Below are positions 44,723 to 53,769 of a stretch of DNA of 64,000 bases, piece after piece. Both the position numbers and the translations under genes were made by a program. Each line of letters opens with the position of its first letter. Position 1 is the first letter of the stretch. The notes beneath the pieces were generated by a model. That model saw only the letters and a program-made list of their open reading frames with translations, was not told the origin of the DNA and made no database searches. The stretch is from Candidatus Yanofskybacteria bacterium (GTDB lineage Bacteria > Patescibacteriota > Minisyncoccia > 2-02-FULL-40-12 > GWA2-44-9): positions 772-64,771 of the forward strand of contig CAIKUK010000014.1 in NCBI GenBank assembly GCA_903830625.1. Direction: 5' to 3'.

Positions 44723-46132
44723 ATGCAAAGGACTTCTATTGTTGATATTAAAGACTTGGCCGGACAGACGGTTGATGTCTATGGCTGGGTCCATACGCGC
44801 CGAGACCACGGCAAATTAATCTTTATTGATATTCGCGACCGGAGCGGAATCGCTCAAGTTGTTTTTACTCCCGGCAATAAAGAAATTCATGAACTGGCCA
44901 GTCAGCTTCGTTCGGAATGGGTCATTCATTTGAAAGGAAAAATAAACGCCCGTCCGGAAAATATGGTCAATGCCGAAATCCCAACCGGTAAAGTGGAGAT
45001 TGAACCAATTGAACTGGAAATTTTAAATAAATCCGAAACTCCGCCTTTCCCGTTGGATACCGATGGCAAAGAGATTGGCGAAGAGCATCGGATGAAATAT
45101 CGCTATTTGGATCTGCGTCGTGAAAGAATGGCCAAGAATATGGTGGCTCGCTATAAGCTTATTAAGTTTATCCGCGATTTTCTGGATGAAAAAGAATTTC
45201 TTGAAATTGAAACTCCAATCTTGACTAAATCAACACCGGAAGGCGCGCGCGATTATGTCGTGCCTTCTCGATTGTATAGCGGTTCGTTTTACGCCCTGCC
45301 CCAATCACCCCAGCAATACAAGCAGTTGTTGATGGTAGCTGGCTTGGAAAAATATTTCCAGATTGCCCGCTGTTTCCGCGATGAAGATACCCGGGGCGAT
45401 CGTCAGCCGGAATTCACCCAGCTGGATTTAGAAATGAGTTTTGTGGAGCGCGAAGACGTGATGGCTTTAAACGAAGAGCTTTTGGTTTCCATTGTAAAAA
45501 CGCTTTATCCCGAAAAGAAAATTCAAGAAATTCCGTTCCCGCGAATGTCACATGCGGAAGCGATGGCGAAGCATAATACTGATCGGCCAGATTTGCGCGC
45601 CGATAAGGAAGACCCGAACCTTATCGCTTTTTGTTGGGTAATTGATTTCCCATTCTTTTCCGCCGAAGGCGGACCCGCCTCTGGCGGGGAAATAAAGTGG
45701 ACCTTCACGCATAATCCGTTTTCAGCGGCGAAAAAAGAATTTAGCGTTGATTTGTTGGAAGGCAAGAATATTGAAAATATCCTGACCAGTCAGTATGATG
45801 TGGTTTTGAATGGTTCAGAGATCGGCGGGGGCAGTATCCGCAATCATACTCCCGAAGGCTTAAAAGCTGTTTTTAAAGTGATGGGCTTTTCAGAAGAACG
45901 AATAAATCAAAACTTTGGCCACATGCTCGAAGCGTTTTCGTTTGGCGCCCCACCGCATGGCGGAATTGCCTGGGGCATCGATCGCCTGGTGACTTTATTG
46001 AACAACGAAATGAGTATTCGTGAAGTGATTGCCTTCCCGAAGACCGGCGATGCTCGAGACCTGATGATGGAATCGCCGTCACCGCTTGAACCGAAACAGT
46101 TGAAAGAGCTTCATATTGAGATAAAAAAATAA
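44723..46132 (+). CDS. aspS: Aspartate--tRNA ligase (bacterial-type motifs but short, lacking the GAD insertion)
   Basis: N-terminal OB fold (VYGWVHTRRDHGKLIFIDIRD), FRDEDTRGDRQPEFTQLDLEMSF, and C-terminal GGGSIR/GIDR motifs; 469 aa. Confidence 0.9.
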   Translation: MQRTSIVDIKDLAGQTVDVYGWVHTRRDHGKLIFIDIRDRSGIAQVVFTPGNKEIHELASQLRSEWVIHLKGKINARPENMVNAEIPTGKVEIEPIELEILNKSETPPFPLDTDGKEIGEEHRMKYRYLDLRRERMAKNMVARYKLIKFIRDFLDEKEFLEIETPILTKSTPEGARDYVVPSRLYSGSFYALPQSPQQYKQLLMVAGLEKYFQIARCFRDEDTRGDRQPEFTQLDLEMSFVEREDVMALNEELLVSIVKTLYPEKKIQEIPFPRMSHAEAMAKHNTDRPDLRADKEDPNLIAFCWVIDFPFFSAEGGPASGGEIKWTFTHNPFSAAKKEFSVDLLEGKNIENILTSQYDVVLNGSEIGGGSIRNHTPEGLKAVFKVMGFSEERINQNFGHMLEAFSFGAPPHGGIAWGIDRLVTLLNNEMSIREVIAFPKTGDARDLMMESPSPLEPKQLKELHIEIKK

Positions 46133-47058
46133 TGGACAGAAAGTTTGCCGGACTGACAATTGTCGTCGCGATTTTGGTGTTAGCTAACACCTATTTTTTT
46201 ATTACGATTTATCGAACACCGATTAGTGATCCTGGTCAGATTTTTCACGATAATCAAGCCTTTATTTTCCCGCCTAATCCGATTAGTTATTTGCCTGTTC
46301 TAAATACTTCAATGAATGAAATTACTTTAGACGCGAAGTCGGCAATTCTTTATGATACAAAATCAGACCGCAATCTCTTTGAAAAAAATATCAAAGAAAA
46401 ACTGCCCATCGCTTCGCTGACCAAAGTGATGAATGCGGTGGTGGTTTGGGAAAAATTCAGTCCCAACGACGTTGTCACTATTAAATCTTCAGCGGTCGGA
46501 GTCGACGGTCAGCGGAAAGATCTTTATGTCGACGAAACCCTATCGGTCCATAATTTAATGCAGATGATGTTCATTGAATCATCAAACGACGCCGCTTATG
46601 CTTTGCGTGATTATGCCGCCAGTCACAGTGTTGATTTGGTGGCGGAAATGAATAAGAAAGCATCGGAATTGGGAATGAGTGATACCCATTTCGTTGATCC
46701 GGCGGGGCTGGATGATACCGGCTATTCGACGGCCAGCGACCTGGTGAAAGGCGTGGCTTACGCTTTGCGCTACGATGCCATTTGGAGTCTCTCCCGAAAA
46801 TCAACGGCCACAATCATCTCAACTGATGGCAAGATTACCCATGAAATTAAGAGCACAGACCAGCTTTTGGGCGTTCTATCAGACATTGTTGGTGGAAAAA
46901 CAGGGTATACAGACAGTGCTCTCGGGTGTATGATTCTTATTGTTGATGCGCCTGACCAGGGTGATCGTATTATTGCCATCATTCTTGGTTCCCATGATCG
47001 CTTCGGCGACATGAAGAACTTGATTTCTTGGGCCAGGCGGGCATATAGATGGAATTAA
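46132..47058 (+). CDS. D-alanyl-D-alanine carboxypeptidase (serine-type, peptidase S11, DacA-like)
   Basis: SxxK (ASLTKVM), SxN (ESSNDAA), KTG (GKTGYT); N-terminal TM/signal. Confidence 0.8.
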   Translation: MDRKFAGLTIVVAILVLANTYFFITIYRTPISDPGQIFHDNQAFIFPPNPISYLPVLNTSMNEITLDAKSAILYDTKSDRNLFEKNIKEKLPIASLTKVMNAVVVWEKFSPNDVVTIKSSAVGVDGQRKDLYVDETLSVHNLMQMMFIESSNDAAYALRDYAASHSVDLVAEMNKKASELGMSDTHFVDPAGLDDTGYSTASDLVKGVAYALRYDAIWSLSRKSTATIISTDGKITHEIKSTDQLLGVLSDIVGGKTGYTDSALGCMILIVDAPDQGDRIIAIILGSHDRFGDMKNLISWARRAYRWN

Positions 47059-47197
47059 TCCCGCACATAACGAGCACCGGCAATACTACTGCGATACTAT
47101 GCGTATTTAATAATAATTAATCATACAGCACCGATAAGCTTGGCTAATACGAACAATCGTATCGCTAAAGCAGTTAGTGCTTGTTATGTGCGGGATG
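47058..47197 (+). repeat. 140-nt hairpin-ended intercistronic element, copy 1 (spans from the last A of the dacA TAA to the mraY ATG)
   Basis: About 86% identical by eye to copy 2 at 56759-56898. Terminal 19-21 nt inverted repeats atcccgcacataacgagcac / gtgcttgttatgtgcgggat. Confidence 0.8.
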
Positions 47198-48262
47198 ACA
47201 CCTTCTCCTCTCGAAAGTCTTAATATTTTTAATATCGTCCGGTTATTTGTTGTAACGACGACAGCTTTCTTTTTAAATCTCATTATCACTTATTTTTGGA
47301 CTAAGGTTTTGTTCACCCGCTTTAAGCCAGGCAAAGCCGTTGAGCGCCCGGACACGCCGATATTCAACAGTCTTCATCGGAAAAAAGAAGGTACGCCGAC
47401 TATGGGCGGTTTGCCGATTTGGCTGACTGTTTCGATTATCGCTCTGGGATGTTGGGCCTTAGCGACTTTTTTTGATGGCATTTGGGGGAAAATTAATTTT
47501 ATATCCCGAAGCCAAACGTTGTTGCCGTTAGGTTTCCTGATTCTGGCCGGCCTGGTCGGTATGGCCGATGATATGGTCGGTGTTTTAAAACGTGGCGGTC
47601 TCAAACTCGGCAAAAGGTTGCTGTTTTTTATCGGCGTGGCGGTTATCGGCGCGTGGTGGTTCTATTTTAAACTTGATATCAGAACCATCACCGTGCCCTT
47701 TATGGGCGAATATACCATCGGCTGGCTCTATATTCCGTATTTCATTTTTATCATGGTGGCCACGGCGTTTTCCATGAATGAGACCGACGGTCTCGATGGC
47801 TTGTCAGGGGGCGTATTCTTAACAATTTTCGGCGCGCTGGCCGCCATCGCCTTTGACCAAGGCCGTCTGGATCTTGCCATTTTTATCGGTGCCATTATGG
47901 GCGCGCTCATCGGCTTTTTGTGGTTTAACATCTATCCAGCGAAGTTTTTTATGGGCGACACCGGCGTGATGGCGCTTGGTTTCACGGTCGGCGTAGTAGC
48001 TCTACTGACAAACACGGAACTTCTTTTGCCTATCATCGCCATTATCCCGCTGGTAGAATCCGGTTCGGTCATTCTCCAGACTATTTCCAAAAAAGTCCGC
48101 CAGAAAAAAATATTTCCCTCCACGCCGATTCACCATACTTTTGAAGCTATGGGCTGGCCCGAAACCCAAATTACGATGCGTTTTTGGATGATTAACGCCA
48201 TCGGCGCCATCCTCGGTCTCATCATCTTTTTAGTCGACAGCAAACTGCCTCCATTCAAATAG
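47195..48262 (+). CDS. mraY: Phospho-N-acetylmuramoyl-pentapeptide transferase MraY
   Basis: GTPTMGG, DDxxD-like MADDMVGV and other MraY motifs. The start is taken at ATG 47195, which gives an N-terminal length like E. coli MraY; the ORF-track start at 47177 lies inside the repeat element. Confidence 0.9.
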   Translation: MTPSPLESLNIFNIVRLFVVTTTAFFLNLIITYFWTKVLFTRFKPGKAVERPDTPIFNSLHRKKEGTPTMGGLPIWLTVSIIALGCWALATFFDGIWGKINFISRSQTLLPLGFLILAGLVGMADDMVGVLKRGGLKLGKRLLFFIGVAVIGAWWFYFKLDIRTITVPFMGEYTIGWLYIPYFIFIMVATAFSMNETDGLDGLSGGVFLTIFGALAAIAFDQGRLDLAIFIGAIMGALIGFLWFNIYPAKFFMGDTGVMALGFTVGVVALLTNTELLLPIIAIIPLVESGSVILQTISKKVRQKKIFPSTPIHHTFEAMGWPETQITMRFWMINAIGAILGLIIFLVDSKLPPFK

Positions 48263-48265
48263 TCT

Positions 48266-48604
48266 ATGAATTTAAATAAAAACATCTCATTCCATAAAAT
48301 TTTCATACCTATTGGAACTTTAATGCTTGTTTTCGGTTTTATTTTAGGGGTTTATGATTTTGTACAATTAAAAATGGATAAATCAGCTTTTTTGGGACAA
48401 GCTTGGCTTATTTTGATTGTTCTTGGCGTTATATTTTTTATTCTGGGTGTAATTGACCGATCTATTTCAAACAGACGCAATACGTTAGTAGAACCGAAGA
48501 AAGGTTTTATAGAAAATATTGGTTTTTCTTTGCTGTTCGTTGTAATAATTATTGGAGCTTCACTACTCCTATTTATATATGAGCTTGGGGCTAATTGGCG
48601 CTAA
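48266..48604 (+). CDS. Hypothetical small membrane protein (3 TM)
   Basis: 112 aa, hydrophobic, between mraY and ftsW. Confidence 0.4.
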   Translation: MNLNKNISFHKIFIPIGTLMLVFGFILGVYDFVQLKMDKSAFLGQAWLILIVLGVIFFILGVIDRSISNRRNTLVEPKKGFIENIGFSLLFVVIIIGASLLLFIYELGANWR

Positions 48605-48640
48605 ATTACCAATATAGGTTAGTTCTGCTACAATAAAGCC

Positions 48641-49714
48641 ATGAGGAAACGGCTTTTTTGGATTCTGGGGATATTGATAATTTTCGGCTTGGCCGTCTTG
48701 TCCTCGGCTGGAATTGTGGATGCTCAAAAGAAATTTGGGTCGGCGTATTATTATTTCTTTCATCAATTATTGTACGGCATTGTCCCGGGGATGCTGTTGG
48801 CCTACATTCTTTCGAAAATTAATTTCAGATTGTGGCGTAAGCTTTCACTGTTAATTCTCCTCGGCGCGCTGGCCTTGATGACGCTTGTTTTCGTATCTCA
48901 TTTCGGTTTTGCCACCAAAGGCGCGACGCGTTGGCTGAATATCAGCGGCATCGTTTTCCAACCCGCAGAAATACTGAAACTCTCGCTTGTAATCTATCTA
49001 GCGGCGTGGTTCGGTGGTCGTCATGAACGAACAAACCATTGGCTCTATGGTGCCGCGCCATTTTTTATTGTTCTAGGATTTGCCGCTTTGCTGTTGGCTC
49101 TTCAGCCTGACATCGGCACGCTTATTGTTATCGGCTTTATTGCTATCGGTATGTATTTTGTAGCGGGCGTAAATCTAAAACATTTAGCGGTTATTTTGGG
49201 GATTGGAATCGTTATTCTTTCGGGTTTAATATATTTTAAATCGTATCGTCTTGATCGCATCCTTTCTTTTATGGATCAAAACGCTGATACTCGGGGAATT
49301 TCATACCAAGTAAATCAAGCCAAAATAGCCATCGGGTCGGGCGGTGTTTTTGGCGTCGGTTTTGGCCACAGCACCCAAAAGCTGGGGTTTTTACCGGAAC
49401 CGGTCGGGGATTCAATCTTCGCCATTATTGCTGAAGAACTTGGATTGATTGGCGCTTTAGTTACTGTCGGCTTGTTTGTGGCACTCTGCCTGACCCTTAC
49501 TCAAATTGCTGTCGCGACACTGGATCCATTCGGCCGATTATTTGTTAGTGGTATCAATATTTGGATTATGGCCCAGGCTTTTATTAATATTGCCGCTATT
49601 TCCGGCCTGGCTCCGCTCACTGGTATCCCATTGCCTTTTATCAGTTACGGCGGTACGGCCATGATTGCTCTACTGGCAGGATTGGGGATTGTATTTAATG
49701 TAGCCAAGGATTAA
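48641..49714 (+). CDS. ftsW: SEDS family peptidoglycan glycosyltransferase FtsW/RodA
   Basis: 357 aa with 10 TM helices and SEDS conserved segments (RWLNISGIVFQPAEILKLSLVIYLA...). Confidence 0.8.
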   Translation: MRKRLFWILGILIIFGLAVLSSAGIVDAQKKFGSAYYYFFHQLLYGIVPGMLLAYILSKINFRLWRKLSLLILLGALALMTLVFVSHFGFATKGATRWLNISGIVFQPAEILKLSLVIYLAAWFGGRHERTNHWLYGAAPFFIVLGFAALLLALQPDIGTLIVIGFIAIGMYFVAGVNLKHLAVILGIGIVILSGLIYFKSYRLDRILSFMDQNADTRGISYQVNQAKIAIGSGGVFGVGFGHSTQKLGFLPEPVGDSIFAIIAEELGLIGALVTVGLFVALCLTLTQIAVATLDPFGRLFVSGINIWIMAQAFINIAAISGLAPLTGIPLPFISYGGTAMIALLAGLGIVFNVAKD

Positions 49715-49733
49715 GAATCCAAGTGATTTTCTC

Positions 49734-49799
49734 GTTGAATTAACTAACTGCTTTAAAATCTAACATATGTTAGATTTTAAAGCAGTTAGTTAATTCAAC
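49734..49799. repeat. Perfect 66-bp palindrome (33-nt arms, no spacer)
   Basis: gttgaattaactaactgctttaaaatctaacat | atgttagattttaaagcagttagttaattcaac, verified base by base; located between convergent ftsW and rpsT. Confidence 0.9.
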
Positions 49800-49805
49800 A
49801 AACTT

Positions 49806-49831
49806 AAAACCCGCTTGTAAAAGCGGGTTTT
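49806..49831. terminator. Bidirectional rho-independent terminator
   Basis: aaaacccgctt gta aagcgggtttt; A-run and T-run flanks serve both the ftsW (+) and rpsT (-) transcripts. Confidence 0.7.
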
Positions 49832-49842
49832 AAGTTAATGAG

Positions 49843-50106
49843 TTATTTCTTTTTGGCTAGTGAGAGGATGGCGTGAGATTTGAGACGGGCGGCTTTGTTG
49901 GCCTTGATAACGCCGGCTTTGGTAGCCTTATCAAGTGATTGATAAACCTTATCCAAAGTGGCCGCTGCTTCTTTAATCTGGTTAGCCGCAACGAGCTTAT
50001 TGAACTGCTTAACGGCGTTCTTGTAGCCGTTAATGCGCTTTAAATTCCCGACTCGTCGGGATTTGGATTGTCTGAGTGCCTTTTTGGCAGATCTGGTGAT
50101 TGGCAT
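49843..50106 (-). CDS. rpsT: 30S ribosomal protein S20
   Basis: 87 aa: MPITRSAKKALRQSKSRRVGNLKRINGYKNAVK... Confidence 0.9.
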   Translation of the reverse strand: MPITRSAKKALRQSKSRRVGNLKRINGYKNAVKQFNKLVAANQIKEAAATLDKVYQSLDKATKAGVIKANKAARLKSHAILSLAKKK

Positions 50107-50150
50107 GTTTGTTTCTGTATAATACTCTATTTCTTACCTTTACGCAATAC

Positions 50151-52151
50151 CTAAGAATCTAAGCCCTTAAGTTTACGGATTTGTTCTTTGATGCCGATAG
50201 CTTGTTCATAGTTGAATTTGCGGATGGCGGTTTCAAGCATGCGCTGGAGTTGTTTGAGGGCTTTTTGTTTGGTGCCGCCGCCGTAAAAGATGACCTCGTT
50301 TTCACCTTCGCCGTAATGCTGTTCTGATTTGCGGCCTGTAGCCATTTCAAATCCGCCGGTTGAACGGGCGATACTAGTCGGAGTGATACCGTGTTTTTTA
50401 TTGTGCTCGATTTGTTTGGCGCGCCGGCGCTGAGTTTCGCCAATAGAGGCTTCCATCGATTTCGTGATTTTGTCGGCATACATGATGACGTGGCCGTCTT
50501 TATGGCGGGCCGCTCGGCCCATGGTTTGAATCAGAGTGGTGGCATTGCGAAGAAAACCTTCTTTGTCGGCATCAAGAATGGCGATGAGCGACACTTCGGG
50601 CAAATCTAAACCTTCCCGCAAAAGATTTACACCGACGATGACGTTATACAGACCCGAACGCAAGTCTTTGATGATCTTAACTCGGTCGAGAGTTTTAATT
50701 TCGGAATGGAGGTAATTGACTTTAATATCGTTTCGGGCGAGGTGTTCGGATAAATCTTCGGCCATACGTTTGGTCAGGGTGGTCACAATGACTCGCTCAT
50801 TCTTGGTGACGCGTTCTTTGATTCGGCCGATAAGATGTTCCACTTGATTAGTGGTGGGCACGATTTCCACGGTCGGGTCTAGCAAACCTGTCGGCCGGAT
50901 AAGCTGTTCAGCGATATTGTCCGGACCGGCCTCGTCCAACTCAAACTTAGCCGGCGTGGCCGAAACATAAACTACTTTCTGAATGCGTTCTTTGAATTCC
51001 ATAAACTTTAAAGGCCGGTTATCAATCGCCGAGGGCAAGCGAAAACCGTATTCTATCAGGGTTGATTTACGGGAGTGGTCGCCTTTATACATGCTGCGCA
51101 GTTGGGGGATGGTAACATGGGATTCGTCAATGATAGTCAGGAATTCGCCTTTGGATTTAAAGAAGTCCAACAGTGAGAAAGCCGGCTCGCCGGCTTTGCG
51201 GAAATCCAAATGTCGGGAATAGTTTTCAATGCCATGGCAATAGCCAGTCTGGCGCATCATTTCCAAGTCGCGCGTGGTTTTTTCCTGCAAACGCGAAGCT
51301 TCCTGATTCTTGCCGATTTTTTTCAAATGTTTGACGTGCTGTTGCAATTCGCTTTTGATGTTTTCAATTGCCAGCTCGATTTTATGGTCGGTAGTAATCC
51401 AGTATTTGGCAGGAAAGATGACTGTGTGAACTATTTTTTCATAGTTCAAATCCTTTGTTTCTAAATCTTCAGGGTCGTTAAGCAAGGCTCGGTACATTCG
51501 GATAATAGTATCGTTTTTGAAAGTGACTTTAGTCACTTCCTGGCCTGTTGGCGAAATGATTTCAATTTCGGTTTGCGTCTTGCGGAAGGCGCCACGCTTT
51601 AATTCTATGTCTTGGACGTATTGCAACCTTAAAAGACTGCGGATAAAATCTGAGGGCTTGATTTGTTTACCTTCAAATAATTCCAGGCCTAAATTTTTGT
51701 ATTCTTCCGGGTTACCAAGGTTGTAGATACACGAGACCGAAGCCACCACAATAACATCATCATGATTCATCATGGCTTGGGTGGTGGCGTGGCGCAACCG
51801 GTCCAGTTCTTCGTTGATCTTGGAGTCCTTTTCAATATAGGTATCAGTGTGGGGAATGTACGCTTCCGGCTGATAATAATCGTAATAGCTAACAAAGTAG
51901 TGGACGGCATTATTTGGAAAAAATTCTTTCATTTCCTTGTAGAGCTGGGCGGCCAGGGTTTTATTATGAGAAATGATGAGCGTCGGCTTTTGATATTGCT
52001 CAATAACTTTGGCCATGGTGAAGGTCTTACCCGAACCGGTCACACCCAAAAGCACCTGACGCTTTTTGCATTGTCCTAAACCTTTGACCAATTTCTTGAT
52101 GGCCTCTGGTTGGTCACCGGTCGGCTGGAATCTTGAAGTTAGTTTGAACAT
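50151..52151 (-). CDS. uvrB: Excinuclease ABC subunit B (UvrB)
   Basis: FKLTSRFQPTGDQPEAIKKLVKGL N-terminus, GVTGSGKTFTMA Walker A, helicase motifs, and a C-terminal UvrB/UvrC interaction segment. The true start is probably ATG 52151 (MFKL...); the track ORF extends 34 codons upstream. Confidence 0.95.
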   Translation of the reverse strand: MFKLTSRFQPTGDQPEAIKKLVKGLGQCKKRQVLLGVTGSGKTFTMAKVIEQYQKPTLIISHNKTLAAQLYKEMKEFFPNNAVHYFVSYYDYYQPEAYIPHTDTYIEKDSKINEELDRLRHATTQAMMNHDDVIVVASVSCIYNLGNPEEYKNLGLELFEGKQIKPSDFIRSLLRLQYVQDIELKRGAFRKTQTEIEIISPTGQEVTKVTFKNDTIIRMYRALLNDPEDLETKDLNYEKIVHTVIFPAKYWITTDHKIELAIENIKSELQQHVKHLKKIGKNQEASRLQEKTTRDLEMMRQTGYCHGIENYSRHLDFRKAGEPAFSLLDFFKSKGEFLTIIDESHVTIPQLRSMYKGDHSRKSTLIEYGFRLPSAIDNRPLKFMEFKERIQKVVYVSATPAKFELDEAGPDNIAEQLIRPTGLLDPTVEIVPTTNQVEHLIGRIKERVTKNERVIVTTLTKRMAEDLSEHLARNDIKVNYLHSEIKTLDRVKIIKDLRSGLYNVIVGVNLLREGLDLPEVSLIAILDADKEGFLRNATTLIQTMGRAARHKDGHVIMYADKITKSMEASIGETQRRRAKQIEHNKKHGITPTSIARSTGGFEMATGRKSEQHYGEGENEVIFYGGGTKQKALKQLQRMLETAIRKFNYEQAIGIKEQIRKLKGLDS

Positions 52152-52179
52152 TTGATACTTTTGCTCAAAGGAGTTCTTA

Positions 52180-52376
52180 TGAAATTTGCCAACACTGTTT
52201 CGTTTGTTCTTTCGATTTTCTTCATCGGCGTCTACTCTTGGGGCAGTGGCCAACTACTTCTCGTCCCGTTCGTGTATTTTTCGGGGTTTTTGGTGGGAAT
52301 GATTTATGGTATGAAAGTCGAGGGGTGGATACCCAAGATCAGCCGACCTCACTTCAAGGACTGCCAACAGGTGTAA
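52180..52376 (+). CDS. Hypothetical small membrane protein (65 aa), divergent from uvrB
   Basis: aaaggag Shine-Dalgarno 6 nt before ATG 52180; two TM helices; a hairpin terminator follows at 52401-52432. Confidence 0.35.
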
Positions 52377-52617
52377 TGGTCATCCACCCAGGGCCCGCTA
52401 CGCGGGCCTCTTCTTTTTCTTTAAATACCTAAATATCTATGCTACTCTTTGATTAGAGCGTAGCCTGTTGAGTTGAATTCGAGGCAAATCCGAGTACTGG
52501 GCTGAGTCGTACTAAAGGTACGGCGAAGACCAGGCGGAGGATTTAACGAAGAAGTCAGCTCAAAGCGTACTGCCGTATGACCGAAGGTCATGGCAGAGCG
52601 ACAGGCAAGCTATAACT

Positions 52618-53283
52618 ATGATTAGCTTTCTGGAAGGTACAATTGAACATTTGGGAGACAAATACATCGTTTTGAACACCGGGGGTATAGGGTATAAGGT
52701 CACACTATGCCCCAGAGTACTGAATATGTTAGCAAAAAGCGATGGTAAAGTCAACCCCTCACCTTTACGAGGATTAGCGACTTTGTCGCGCTCTGATCAA
52801 TCCTCGAAAGGTGAGGGGTCAAGCCCCCAGCCCACAATTAAGCTATTCGTCCACACCCAGATGAATCTTAGGGAGGGTACTTTTGATATGTACGGCTTTG
52901 ATAAAAAATCCGATCTAGACCTCTTCCATTTGCTGACGACTGTCTCCGGTATCGGTCCTAAAGGCGCCCAAAACATCCTTTCGTCGGTGGAACCGGTCCA
53001 TCTTAAAGCCGCGGTCATCAACCAAGACCCGGACTATCTCAAAAAAGTCTCAACCATTAGTCCCAAGATGGCTAACCGGCTGGTTTTGGAGTTGAAAGGC
53101 AAAGTGGACCAGATGGAAGGCGACACCGAAGGCATTGACTTAAGCCAGGACGGCCAAGCCACTGAAGCGCTCATGGTACTCGGCTATTCTGCGTCTCAAG
53201 CCAAAGTAGCTCTCAAAGATACCAAAGCCGGTACCCTCCAGGAAAGGGTGAGGGAAGCGTTGAAGATTTTGGGGAAGAAATAG
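52618..53283 (+). CDS. ruvA: Holliday junction branch migration complex subunit RuvA (with an insertion between domains I and II)
   Basis: MISFLEGTIEHLGDKYIVLNTGGIGYKV ... LLTTVSGIGPKGAQNIL HhH motifs; an extra roughly 45 aa Ser/Pro-rich segment. Confidence 0.85.
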   Translation: MISFLEGTIEHLGDKYIVLNTGGIGYKVTLCPRVLNMLAKSDGKVNPSPLRGLATLSRSDQSSKGEGSSPQPTIKLFVHTQMNLREGTFDMYGFDKKSDLDLFHLLTTVSGIGPKGAQNILSSVEPVHLKAAVINQDPDYLKKVSTISPKMANRLVLELKGKVDQMEGDTEGIDLSQDGQATEALMVLGYSASQAKVALKDTKAGTLQERVREALKILGKK

Positions 53284-53340
53284 ACCCTCTCTTGATTTTC
53301 GGTCAGTATTATGGGATATTAATCCTGGAAAGGCGGTGTT

Positions 53341-53538
53341 ATGACATTTGAAATTCGGTTTGTGGTGGCCAATCTGAATGGTACGGACCAGGCCTGCCGG
53401 GCCACCGAGTGTATGAGAAGGGAATTGCTCAACGTCTTTGTCGGAACCGAAATGGTGAGCGTGGAAGTACAGGAAGTCAAAAAGGTCGATTTTGCTGGGT
53501 TTCAAGAAAGAGAAAAGGAGTGGCGCCGACCGAGCTGA
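53341..53538 (+). CDS. Hypothetical small protein (65 aa), GC-rich
   Basis: ORF with a weak Shine-Dalgarno, followed by the hairpin terminator gggccgc..gcggccc + T6 at 53559-53590. Confidence 0.3.
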   Translation: MTFEIRFVVANLNGTDQACRATECMRRELLNVFVGTEMVSVEVQEVKKVDFAGFQEREKEWRRPS

Positions 53539-53769
53539 CGAGATGAAAATACCTGCCACCGGGCCGCGTTCTGCGGCCCTCGTTTTTTATTAAAAAAGAT
53601 GTTATTTTATTGATATGAAACAACGTTTATTGTTTGTGGCTTGGCTGGGGTTAGGGGTCATTATCGGCGCGCAGTGGCCGGAGTTTTTCGCGCGCTGGAA
53701 TAATTTAGTCTGGCTGGTGGTCATCCTTGCCGCCGGATTTGCTTTGTATCGCAAGGATTAATTTTGCCG

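Noticed and set aside
52152-52179. Longer version (from 52152) of the small membrane ORF divergent from uvrB.
   Set aside because: The Shine-Dalgarno aaaggag is positioned for ATG 52180; the upstream Met codons would overlap the uvrB start region.
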